Source: Azolla caroliniana (lineage: Eukaryota > Plantae > Polypodiophyta). From it: 64,000 nucleotides of DNA. This document shows, piece after piece, positions 1 to 11,325 of this stretch. Position 1 is the stretch's first letter. Each line of letters opens with the position of its first letter. The translations under genes were made by a program, and so were the position numbers. The notes beneath the pieces are model-generated. The model saw only the letters and a program-made list of their open reading frames with translations, had not been told where the DNA came from and did no database searches. The stretch spans positions 186,001 through 250,000 of the forward strand of contig JBHGNT010000001.1 of assembly GCA_043228905.1 (NCBI GenBank), in the 5' to 3' direction.

Positions 1-2141
1 ATAACCATTCCGGGAGGGAGGAAGAGGAGGCCTACGAAGAGGCCGGGAACACGGTATGTCAGCACCATGGGAGAGGGTGTGGAGCGAGCCACCCTCTTGG
101 CTTGCGAAAGAAGACCCAGGATAAGGGTAAGAGATACAACGAGCCCGAGGAGGATCCTTCACACCGGTTCTAGAGACGCCGGTAGTCGGCTCGAGAGTCG
201 GCGTGAGCCCTAGAGTGATGATCGGTGGCAGCGAGGGGACGAAGGCAAAGAACTGCGGATGGGAGGTTTGCGAAGATCCTCACACCGATCCGGCTGTCAG
301 CCCGAGTGCCGACGTGAGTCCTATAGGAAAGGACGGTGGCGGCACGTGAACGTGACCAGCCGAAGAGGCTGATGTGGAGGACGGAGGAGACAAGCGTCAG
401 TGCCGCGACCTTACACACACCGGCCCTAGAGGCTCCGATGGTTGGCCCGAGTGCCGGTGTGAGGCCTAGAGCGACGGGCGGTGGCAGCGGCAAGGCGGGC
501 AAACCGAGGTCCCACGAAGATCCTCACACTGATCCGGCGGTCGGCCTGAGAGCCGGCGTGAGTCCTATAGGAAAGGACGGTGGTGGCAGGTGAACGGCAA
601 GGAGGTATGAGGCCGGCAAGGCGGCTACAGACCATCTCAGATCTTCCAGCAAGGTCAGTGGGCATAAGGAAGTCCGGTCCTACGAGATCCCCACACCGAA
701 CTAGAGACTCCGGCAGTTCGGCCAACATGGCAACATGAGACCGAGAGAGAAGGTTGGTGGCGGTGGGAAACGGGACCCGGCAACACGAAGGCTACGTGGA
801 AGACACGAGGAGAGTCGCGAAGGACTCCGATAGAAGACACCTGAATTTCGGCAAGCAGAGAAACGGAGTCCGGTCCTATGGGACCCTCACACTGATCCGG
901 AGACTCCGGCAGCCGGCTAACGGGAGTCGGTGTGAGACCTAGGGAGAAGGACGGTGGCGGCAGGGAACGGGACTCGGCGACACGAGATAGCAGATCGGGA
1001 GTCGGTAAAACGGGGGCGGATGGAGTGTGAAACCCTTACTGGCCAGTTATGGTTTCGAAAGGAGTCGGTAGGGGCAAACACGGGGAGGTGTGTCGGGCCG
1101 GAAAGGCACACCTAGGGAGGAACAAGAGTCTCGCAAGTGGCCATCGCGGGCCGGATCGAAGCGTGACTATGGGACGGTGTTCGGCATGGGCGGTGCCGAA
1201 CAAAGGAAGCGGAAGACGGCACAAGGGAGGTGCCGGGAACGAGGTGACGAGTGCATAGTGGACTGCACAGGGTCGGAGTCAGGGGATGACAAGGGAGTTC
1301 GGAGGAGGATCCTCCACACTTGCTTCATATATCTCGGCAGCTAAGTCAGAGTAGCGAAGACTGACACGACAAGCCCGGGATGACAAGTTGGTGGGGGCGA
1401 GGGGAAGATGGCAAGCGCAAGACTCAGGACCTGTTGCAGTAGCGCAAAATGGGAAGGGCCAAGCGGGCTACTACGGGGTGTTCCTCGGATGCGGAGGACA
1501 CCAGTATGCGGATGAGCGGCGATGCACGATCTAGCCGGGAAAGGGGCCGACAAGGGAACCAGAGTGCGACACAGGCAGTGCCAAACAACAGACGAGGGAA
1601 TGCGGCACACGGAGGTGCCGGAGCGAAAAGGCGAGCGCGAAGATGGGTTGCACGGTTCGGAGGTAGCGCGTAGAAGGCCAAAGAAGGATCCTCCACACCG
1701 TTCCGGAGACCATGGCGGTTCGAGCCGACGTGGCGACGTAAGACCATGGAGAAGGAAGGTGGCGGTGAGAGGACGAAGGCAACGGGAAACAACATGGGAC
1801 GGCAATCAGGACAACACGAATGGTCGACGGAGGCCAAGCGGGCCACTACGGGCGTTCCTCAAGCGGAGGACATCGGGCATACGGCGGAGAGCGGGGCGTG
1901 CATACGACCGAACAAGGGCCAGCGGAAGTACGCGTACTACGGAGATCGCGGCGAAGGATCCATCGACGGGTCGAACGAGCCTACGAGGAGGTAAGCGCGA
2001 AGGAAGAACCGAAGTCGACGATTCAAACCGGCAGCGAGTCGGGATGCGGATTACGGTTGACTGGTTTCTCACTGGCCGAAATCTCTCACCCTTCACCGGA
2101 TTTGGCACGTACCAGTGGACGTGCGGTTTGGTGGGGGCGGA
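1..2141 (+). mobile_element. 3' internal region of a plus-strand gypsy element, truncated by the window edge; degenerate repeat array ending in the polypurine tract
   Basis: Ends in TTGGCACGTACCAGTGGACGTGCGGTTTGGTGGGGGCGGA (2102-2141), the same PPT-adjacent motif that abuts the 3' LTRs of A, B and C. Motif GATCCTCACAC recurs near 153, 274, 519, 686, 882, 1308 and 1687. No pol domain recognised. Confidence 0.65.
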
Positions 2142-2946
2142 TGTCGTGAAGAATTTCGGCCAGAGGCGGAAACCGGGAAATATTGGCTACATCGACGAGG
2201 TGCAGCATGTGTGCTCACCCTTGTACATTTAGTGTGAATAACGAGGGCGCCTTTATGCCGCCGAAGAGTAGTCAAGTCGGGACAGAGAATCCCATGTAAG
2301 TTGGGATTTATCCCACATTGTAATGCATCTCCCTCCTTGTTCTATAAAAGGAAGGGAGCGCCTCTTGTGAAGGGGTTGCCCATTTTTGCATTCGTAGGGT
2401 ATACCGCTAGAGGAAGAAACATTCTCCCTTCCTCTTTCTTTCCCCTTGTTTACGGTTTCGTTTCTTTTCTCTGCTTCTTCCTCTTCGTTGTTTTGAGTAT
2501 CGAGCCTTGGCATCTCGTGTTCTTGTTTTCTGCCCATTCTCTGTGCAAGACCCCGCTCGGCACGACAAGCCCGAGAGCTCCCCCCGACCGGTGGCTTGGC
2601 AGGTGACGACTGTTGTAACCTGAGCTACTTAGGTTGGGCTCGATACCAGTATTGTATCTTAGTCTTGTAATATATGCATGGAGGGTTCTACGCACCGGTG
2701 TTTGTGTGGGTGTTTTGGTTTTCTCTTACCTCCGTTTTTGTACATAAGGGCGTGAGTTGGGTCGGCGTAGTGTGTGTGTGTGTGTGTGTGTGTGAGTCGG
2801 TGCCAAGCGCACGCTCTCTCTCTTTCTCTCTACCGTTCGGTTGCTTCCGGAACGCGTCCGAAATCATCTTCTCGGCTTCCCTTCTTCCCTCGTCCGAGAC
2901 CCCCGTGGTCCCGCCCTTCTACACGCACGCGCGAAACTTCGCGACA
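2142..2946 (+). repeat. 3' LTR (805 bp) of a gypsy element related to A/B/C
   Basis: TGTCG...CGACA termini; follows the PPT; TATAAAA at 2343; its 3' end resembles the reverse complement of the B LTR end (CCCCGTGGTCCCGCCC-TTCTACACG). Confidence 0.8.
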
Positions 2947-4414
2947 ACGCGCTCTATACCTATGCATATACATGTACTGTATTCCATGTGTTGTATGTAT
3001 TGTAATTTTTACTTATGGCATGTGTATATGTAAGTATGCGATATGTGGGTATATGTTCTATATATATGCATATGTGTGTACCGTATGTATTATATCATAT
3101 ATGTATGGGATGTGTGTGTACATACATGTATGTATGTGTTATGTGTGTGTATTGTATTGCATGTGTATATATGTATGTTTTGTGTGTGTGTGTGTGTATG
3201 TATCTAGATATTGTATTTCGGGCGATGCTAGATGCATTATGTAATGATTGAGGAAAGCTTGGTGGAATCATTAAGGATGAAGTGGGACGATGCTAAGAGG
3301 ACAACGCTAGAATACTACATTGCAAATGTCAATCTTGAATGTTGGTCTCAATATAAAGCAAGAATGCCTATTGATCGTATCCAACCTTATCTCATTACCA
3401 ATATGAGTAGTAATGCTCGTAGATCCCTTACATTACTTTGCGCTCGATCTCACAAGTTAGGTATTGAAGTTGTATCATGGTATCAAATGTAACGAATTTG
3501 AAGGCAAAGTATGTAATGAATGCATGGTAGAGGATGAATGTCACTTGCTCTTCACATTCTCGACATATAGTGCAATTCACTGAAGATATGCTAACATACT
3601 AAGAGGGAGTGATAACTTAAGTGCCATACTTAAGACACCGCCTAGAAGGTTGAGCTCATATGTGTATGCTTTACTCACACATAGAGACTTTGTGCTTCAA
3701 TGTATGAATACCCCTTCTTAAGAAGGAGACACATATCAAGACCATATTTGTACTCTGGTCCCATAGGTCAAAATTGGCCTCTTTATAGACGATAAAAATT
3801 CTATTCTAATTCTAATTGTATTGTATATATTGTATATATGGCACGTGTATGTATGTACATATTGTATTGTAGGTATTGTGTGTATGACATGTGAGTATGT
3901 ACGGTATGTGTTATGTGTTTGTGTGTATGTTCTATGTATGTGCATATGTATGCATCATATTGCATGTGTATGTATGTGTTATATGAGTGTGTGTGTGCGC
4001 ACACGTGTGTCTGTGTACGTGTGTGAATATGTTCTATATATGTGCTATTGTATGTATGTATTATATGTACAACATGTGTGCATATGATGTGTATGTGTTA
4101 TGTGTGTGTATGTTCTATATATGTGCATATGTATTGTATTGCATGCATATATATGTATGTGTTACGTGTACATGTGTATGTATGTACATATTGTATTTTA
4201 TTAATTGTATATATGGGATGTGTGTATGTATTGAATTGCATGTGCATGTATGTACATATTGTATTGTATTACATGTGTTGTATGTACATATTGTATATAT
4301 GGCATGTCTGTAAGTTTAGATGTCTATATTGAATCCATTGTGTTGAATGAATATATGTATGTACATGTATGAATGTACATACATATGTAATATGTAATGT
4401 ATGTATGTGTACGT
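2947..4414. repeat. TG/TA-rich degenerate microsatellite tract, continuing at 30180-30240
   Basis: Low-complexity TATG/TGTG sequence. The ORFs called here are artefacts. Interrupted by a LINE fragment and by element A. Confidence 0.9.
3243..3815 (+). mobile_element. 5'-truncated LINE 3' fragment (RTE-X-like)
   Basis: Degenerate C-terminal motifs RSHKLGIE, CxxC and VEDECHLLF, then a 3' UTR ending in an ATTCT/ATTGT short-repeat tail. Same motif order as the LINE end at 38.9-39.1 kb. Confidence 0.7.
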
Positions 4415-5034
4415 TGTCGTGTTGTTACGCTCTCGCGTGTGGAATGAGGTGGGACCGCGGGGGTCCTGAACCAAGGAGCGTGAGACAAAAGAGGGACAAC
4501 GATTCATAGAAACACGGGGAGAGAGAGAGGGAATAGAAGATTCAATTACTATGTCAATAATGATTACAAACGGCAACCCGACAACAGACCCAAAACGGAG
4601 GTCCCACGCACACACACAGACGACACAGAGAACGCACGATGGAGCCTCTACTGGAAGCACATGGGCTCACGTGCAACAGAGGTAACCGACACAAAAACGT
4701 AGTGGAGAGCAACAGTGGAGGAGGAGAGAGCTCGGTCCCAGTCCGGTAGCACTTCGTCCTCGCCAAAACGCGATATTTTCTTCTTCTTCTCCCCTCCCTT
4801 TTATAGGTCGCCGAGGAGGCCGTTACATCAAAACACATCAACTTTATTCTCTGTCCTTTCGGACAGAGATACACATCGATTCCCTAGACAATTAATACCC
4901 TTCCTAGTACATATGTACATCTGCCGATCTATCCCTAGCTATGTACAATTCATAAACACACGTGCGCACGCGAAAGGGGGCTGGGTCACGCCTCCTCCCC
5001 TTGAATCCTCCTAGGAGCGGTTTTCTCCACGACA
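4415..5034 (-). repeat. 3' LTR of element A
   Basis: Aligns end to end with 29560-30179 with scattered substitutions. Confidence 0.92.
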
Positions 5035-5650
5035 TCCACCCCCATCAAACCGCACGTCCACTGGTACGTGCCAGGCAGGAACAACCTTGGCGAAAACCGG
5101 CCCTAGGTCACTCGTCGTTTTCCGAACCCTCGCCTTCCCCGACTCGGACATCGCCACCGCCACCGGTTCCTCCTCGTGCCGTTTCTTGAAGATCTTGACC
5201 CTCTTGCCGGCCATTGGTACCGCTATCCGCGTCCCATCGAGCTCCGCGAGATGATACGTGCCATTGTCGTTCGCGCTTGTCACCGTGTAGGGTCCGAACC
5301 ATCTCCTCGCAAACTTATGCACCGCCTTGTGCTGATTATCGAGGCTACTGTCGTACACCAACACCCAGTCGCCTTCCTCGATCTTCTTCGGTCTCAACCA
5401 ATGTGTTCCGTCGAACCAGCCCTTATTCCTTTCGCGCGCCGTATGCAGCTTCGCCATCGCTTGCTCCATGTCCTCCGGTCGTCGATCGAGCTGCCGAATC
5501 CGCGCCGCCAGCAACTCTTCCCGGTTCATCTCGTCCTTCCAATCCACTGCGACCCACGAAGTGATCGTCCGTGCCATCGGCATAATCGACTTTTGCCCAT
5601 ACATTAACTCCGCCGGCATGAACCCTGTCACCGAACTGTGCATAGTCCGA

Positions 5651-6275
5651 TGTCGCGTTGTTACGCGCGTTCGTGTAGAAAGGGGTGGGACCACGGGGGT
5701 CTTGGACCGAGGAGCGAGAGAGAGAGAGATTCACCGACACGTAGAAGCGAGAAAGAGAGATATAGAACGTAACGCTTAATTATTATGGCAATAGATTACA
5801 AACTCCGACAGTTACAACCGACAAAGCGGCGACGGACCCGACACAGGGACCCTACTCACGCACACCGACGACAGTCACACGACTCAAAGAAACAGGAGGG
5901 GGAAAGGGAGCGACCCTACTGAAAGCACACGAGCTGTCCACGAAGCAGAGGCAGCGACCTCCCGACACCCGCAGAGAGCGACGAAGAGAGACGAAGAGAG
6001 AGAGCTCTGCCTTCCGTTTTGCAGCAACCTCCTCTCCTCCCAACGCGCAATATTTCCTTTTCTCTTGTCCTCTTCCCTTTATTCCCTGTCCCTCTACCCC
6101 CCCGTCTGACAGAGATACGCACAATCCCCTGATAAATGCGTGCCACTTCGTATTTTCACCCACCGATCCGTTTATGAATCGGGTACAAAGTATACAGTCA
6201 CGCGTCCATCTGTGTAAGAGCCGGTTCACGCGCCTTTCTCTCCGATTCCGCCTATGGCTGGTTTTCTTCACGACA
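5651..6275 (-). repeat. 3' LTR of element B
   Basis: TGTCG...CGACA; matches 23706-24346, which has a longer GA microsatellite. Confidence 0.92.
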
Positions 6276-6344
6276 TCCACCCCCACCAAACCGCGCATCC
6301 ACCGGCATGCGCCAGAGACAGGTAGATACTGAAGAAAACCGACC

Positions 6345-8485
6345 TCACTCGTTGCTCTCCGATTCTCCGTCGGGCCCGAACTGATCGTCGTTGTCGCTCC
6401 CGCTCGCAGGCTCCGGCTTGTCTTCGAACCGCTTTTTGAACACTTTGATCTGCTTCCCGGCCACTAGCACCGCTAACCGTGTCCCGTAGGGCCTGAACCA
6501 CCTCCTGGCAAACTTTCGCACCGCCTTGTGCTGATTGTCGAGGCTACTATCGTATACCAAGACCCAGTCGCCTTCCTCGATCTTCTTTGGTCGCAACCGG
6601 TGCGTCCGGTTGAACCGGGTCTTGTTTCACTCCCTTGCCGCTCGCAGCTTTTCCTTCGCCTGTATCATGTCCTCCGGCCTCCGCTCGAGTTGTCGGATCC
6701 GCGCTGCCAGCAACTCCTTCCGGCTCATTTCGTCCTTCCAATCTATCGCCGCCCACGAAGAAACCGTCTGTTCCACCGGCATGATCGGCTTTTGTCCGTA
6801 CATTAGCTCCGCCGGCATAAACCCTAGGCGTCAAACTCTCCCTCACCACGGCGTACAATCCGGAAGCGAACGGAAAGGTGGAACGTGGGCACAGACCGAT
6901 TGTAAAGCCGTTGGTGCGTGCATGTGGTGGGCAAGTCGGAAATTGGCCGCGACTCCTTCCTTACTCGTTGCTCTCCGGTTCTCCGCCGGATCCGAACTTA
7001 TCGTCGTCGTTGCTCTCGCTCGCAGGCTCCGGCTCGTCTTCGAACCGCTTTTTGAACGCTTTGATCCGCTTTCTGGCCACCGGCACCGCTAACCATGTTC
7101 CGTCGAGTTCCGCGAGGTGGTACGTGCCATTGTCGTTCGCGCTCGTCACTATATAGGGCCCGAACCATCTCCTAGCAAACTTCCGCACCGCCTTGCGCTG
7201 ATTGTCGAGGCTGTTGTCGTATACTAAGACCCAGTCGCCTTCCTCGATCTTCTTTGGTCGCAATCGGTGCGTCCGGTTGAACCGGATCTTGTTCCGCTCT
7301 CTTACCGCTCGCAGCCTTTCCTTCGCCCGTATCACATCCTCCGGCCTCCACTCGAGTTGTCGAATCCGCGCCGCCAGCAACTCCTCCTGGCTCATTTCGT
7401 CCTTCCAATCTATCACCGCCCACGAAGAAACCGTCCGCTCCACCGGCATGATCGGCTTTTGTCTGTACATCAGCTCCGCCGGCATAAACCCTGTCACCAA
7501 ACTGTGCGTAGTCTGGTCTGCCCACAATGCCCACCGCATGCACGCACCAATGCCTTTACAATCGGCCCGTGCCCACGTTCTACCTTTCCATTCGCCTCCG
7601 GGCTGTATGCCGTAGTGAGGGAGAGTTTGACGCCTAGCCGGTCAAACAGCTCCTCAGCTTCCCGCGCATCCAGCTCTCCCCGGTCCGCCACGATCCTCCC
7701 GACGCACCCGTACCGGCACACTACCTCTTCGACCAGGAATCGGCATACCGCCGCGGTTGTCTTGCTTTGCAGTGCACGACCTTCCACCTGGTTCGTTAAG
7801 TCTTCCCGTGCAAGCACCAGGTATCGCATTTGTCCTACCCCCATCGGCATCGTCACCAAGTCCACCATCCACTTGAAATGGACCGTAGGCAGTAGGTCGG
7901 GTGTAGCTCGTCCCGGTGTCGGACTACGGAGTGCACCTGACAGCTTTCGCAGATTGTTACGAACCGGTGCACGTCTTGGTATAGCCCTGGCCACCAGTAC
8001 TTCTCCTTCAGCTTCTCGAACGTGGCCCACGTTCCGCGGTGTCCGGCCCATGGGCTCTCGTGGAATGCCGCCAATAGTTTTCTCTGTTCTTCTTTCTTCG
8101 CTACTACTTGGAGCGGGGTGCCGCTTCTCTTCTTTGGGTGTTTCCATATGCACCCGTCCCGCAGGAAGAGTCGGTACGCCTTCCTCCGTATCCGGCTCGC
8201 CTCCTCTCTCGCCCATGCTGCGTCCGGCGTTATCGTTTGTAAGAACCTCCCGATTTGGAGCCACTCCCCATCGTACCCGCTTTCGTCAAATTCGTTAAGC
8301 GCCGGAGTGTTCCCTTTCCTTCTCGTCGTTACGTTAGCCGACCCGAAGAAGTCCTCGCCGACCTCTTCGTCCTCCGAAACCATGTCGTCTTTGTTGTTGA
8401 ACCTTGACCTCGAAAGCATGTCGGCCATGGCGTTGTCCTTTCCGGAGATGTGCCGTATCTCCGGGTTCAGGGACTTAATGTACGC
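6345..8485 (-). pseudogene. Element B RNase H end and integrase, frameshifted, with a duplicated C-terminus
   Basis: NAMADMLSR, HHCC zinc motif (HESPWAGH...CESCQ), core WMVDL...VADRGE...NGKVER and GPY/F motif (RRWFGPY). The C-terminal part occurs twice (6345-6825, 6961-7525). Confidence 0.85.
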
Positions 8486-9480
8486 TGTCGTGAAGATCCG
8501 TCACTACGCGCGGATCGTGAGGCGGAACCGTCGGGGTTCTGGACCGGAAGGATTCAAAGTCGGTAAAAGCTTTGGCGCAAGCTTTAGCGAGAAAGTACTT
8601 AAGATAGATTGGGAAAGAGAGAAGTTGAGAGAGATTGATTGAACTTTTAACTTTAGATTTAAGAAACAAGTTACACGATCAATTTGATAACGAATTTCTT
8701 CCTCTTAATTTTCATAAAAAAAAACCGTGTTTTTTCTCCTCCCCCTTCCTTCTTTTATAGATGCTCTCATGCATATGATGCATGTGAGGGTACAAGACAT
8801 GCATAAATTGCATGTTTGCCATTTGGCGCTTATGTATTACATGTGGTGCATGATAACCATGTCACTCATTTTAGCTCTCATGTATGAGAATTTACATCTA
8901 AAAGTACAATGATAGAAATATAATTTTAACTAAATAGCATGGCTTAATGGTAAGCCAATTGACTCATAACTCGGAGGTGCAAGGTTCGAATCCTTACTTC
9001 CCCTCCTTGTATATGTATATTTGAATATATATTTATATAGTCGCCGGATGCCGTCGGTTACCGGTGCGTCGCCGGATGCCGTCAGATCACCGTCTCCATC
9101 GCCGGTTTTGGTTGGCCAAAACCGTTTACGAGTAGCTAGCCCACCTCCACTCTTAGTTCAAGTTACCTTGAACTCTCTACGCTCCACACATAGACACAAA
9201 GATAATATCTTTTGCTCCACCTTATATATGATGAGAGCCGTATTTGTCGTGCCTATGTGGGATATCTCACAATTTTCTCTTTTCTTTTCACAAACTTTAT
9301 ACCCTCATATCTTGACATTTAGTTGTCCATTTCTCATGTAATAAAGTGCATTTGAAACCTCCATCATTTTGTACTTAAATATTAAAAATGTTATCTTCAC
9401 AATTATTGTATTATGTGATTCATACTCGATTTCGTACGTTTTATGGGATTTTCACACTATTGCCGAAAATCTTCGCGACA
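8486..9480 (-). repeat. 3' LTR of element C
   Basis: TGTCG...CGACA; matches 20250-21235 with substitutions and indels; minus-strand TATAAAA at 8753-8759. Confidence 0.92.
8933..9005 (+). promoter_or_regulatory. tRNA-like (CAT loop) pseudo-tRNA / Pol III A+B box module inside the C 3' LTR
   Basis: A box TGGCTTAATGG 8940-8950, D-stem GCTT/AAGC, loop CTCATAA, B box GGTTCGAATCC 8983-8993 in an AAGG/CCTT stem. The acceptor stem does not pair. Confidence 0.75.
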
Positions 9481-10993
9481 TCCACCCCCACCAAACCGCA
9501 CGTCCTCCGGTACGTGCCAAGAAGAGAGAAAGTGAGATTTCGGCTACGATGATCAATTAGATTCCTCCATGTCTTCATTTTCATCCGGCCTATTATGTTC
9601 ATCGTCGAGGTAATCGAGGTCAGGATCCTTGTCATGTCTTTTCTTGAAAATCTTTACTCTTTTTCCCGCAATGGGTACGGCCAACCTTGATCCGTCTAGT
9701 TCCGCAAGGTGGTATGTGGCATTATCGTTGGCACTTGTCACCACATACGGACCGAACCATCTTCTTGCGAACTTCCTTGTTGTACTATGTTGATTGTCAA
9801 GGGTGTTGTCGTAAACCAAAACCCAATCCCCTTCTTCAATCTTCTTGGGACGAAGTCGATGCGTGTTGTCGAACCGAACTTTGTTCTTTACTCGGGCTGC
9901 CTTCATCATCTTTCGCGCTTTTTCTAAATCTTCAGGTCTTCTTTCAAGTTGCCTTATCCGCGCCGCTAATAACTCTTCTCGGCTCATCTCGTTCTCCCAC
10001 GGTATCGCTACCCATGAGGCGATCGTCCTTTCGATGGGCATAATCGGCTTTTGTCCATACATAAGCTCCGTCGGCATATACCTTGTCACCGAGCTATGTG
10101 TCGTTCTATCGGCCCACAAGGCATAGGGTAATAGTCGTGGCCAATTCCCGACTCGACCGTTGCATGCCCGTACGATGGCTTTAACGATAGGTCCATGCCC
10201 TCGCTCGATCTTCCCATTTGCTTCCGGATTGTAGGCAGTCGTTGAAGGCGTGGAGGGTTTGCGTGTCCTAGTCTTCCGCCGACAATCGAGCTATCTTGAA
10301 GAAGTCGAGGGCGACATCTTCATCTTCTGAAACCATGTTACTTCCATTTGAAAATCTTGCCCTCGACAGCATGTCAGCCATGGCGTTCTTCTTCCCTGCA
10401 ATGTGACGGATCTCTGGGTTTAAAGACTTGATGTAGGCGATCCACCTTAGCATAGCAAGATCTGCGGTCGCACTTCCCGAGACCATTCCGAGAATTGGGA
10501 GACAATCTGTCTCTATTATCACTTTTGACCCGATCAGGTAATCTTTGTCCGTCTTCACTGCTGACTTGGGCATATCTTTGTTGTCGTTCGCTGAGAACCT
10601 TTGCTCCGAACCGGATGGCATATCGCGCATTATCTTCACCTTCTTGATTGATGACCCACCCGATTCCGGTTGGGCTCGTATCTACGGTCACGTAAATTGG
10701 TTTCCCTTCGGCATAGTCGGCCTTCCTTAGTGCCGGAGCTTCAAGAAGCAGTTTCTTTAATCTTCGCATCGCCTTTGTGTGCTCGTCTCTCCATTCGAAC
10801 TTTATTCTTTTCTTTAGTAGTCCATATAACGGTTCGGCGACATGAGCGTAGTGAGGAATCCATATATGATAAAACGCGCACGCTCCAAGTGTCATGAACA
10901 GTACTGAGACAGAGAAGGAATTAGTACTAAACGAAGGATTAGTACTATGAGCGGTGTGGAACTTCTTCGAGAGAAGGAAGAAGTGAGCGAGAC

Positions 10994-11034
<41 letters not shown>

Positions 11035-11254
11035 TGATAAGAAAGATATTTATTATATGAAGAGAATATACAACGGTGGCTAAAAGGCTTAAGACTGGCG
11101 TTGAACCAATTTGATTCAACATAATGCCTAGTGCCCTCTTTTATAGTGTTTTCAGGAGTAATCCTGAAGCTTCTAGAATGTTCCAGAGAAATCTGGAATA
11201 TACACTAATTTCCTATAATAAAATGTAAATGAAAATAATATCCTACGTATTACA

Positions 11255-11325
11255 ATAGATGTTCTAATGGTCAAGAGCTCGACCCATATAACCTAAGGTC
11301 ATGGGTTCGAGTCTTGCCATATCAT
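11255..11325 (+). promoter_or_regulatory. tRNA-like A+B box module at the U3 end of the chromovirus 3' LTR
   Basis: D-arm-like GTTCT-AATGGTCA-AGAGC, variable-loop AGGTC, B box GGTTCGAGTC 11304-11313; GG-to-TTCG spacing 37 nt as in tRNAs. Second copy at 16480-16550. Confidence 0.55.

Noticed and set aside
2774-4332. Cys/Val/Tyr/Met-rich ORFs (also at 40.1-42.3 kb, 48.2-48.5 kb and 62.3-63.5 kb)
   Set aside because: They are translations of TG/TA microsatellites.
7267-8298. Long plus-strand ORFs antisense to gypsy pol (also 24062-25036, 35583-36218 on minus for Copia)
   Set aside because: Shadow ORFs of GC-rich coding sequence with no recognisable domains.
8933-9005. Functional tRNA-Met/Ile(CAT) gene
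   Set aside because: The acceptor stem cannot pair and the anticodon stem needs an 8-nt loop. Kept only as a tRNA-like module.
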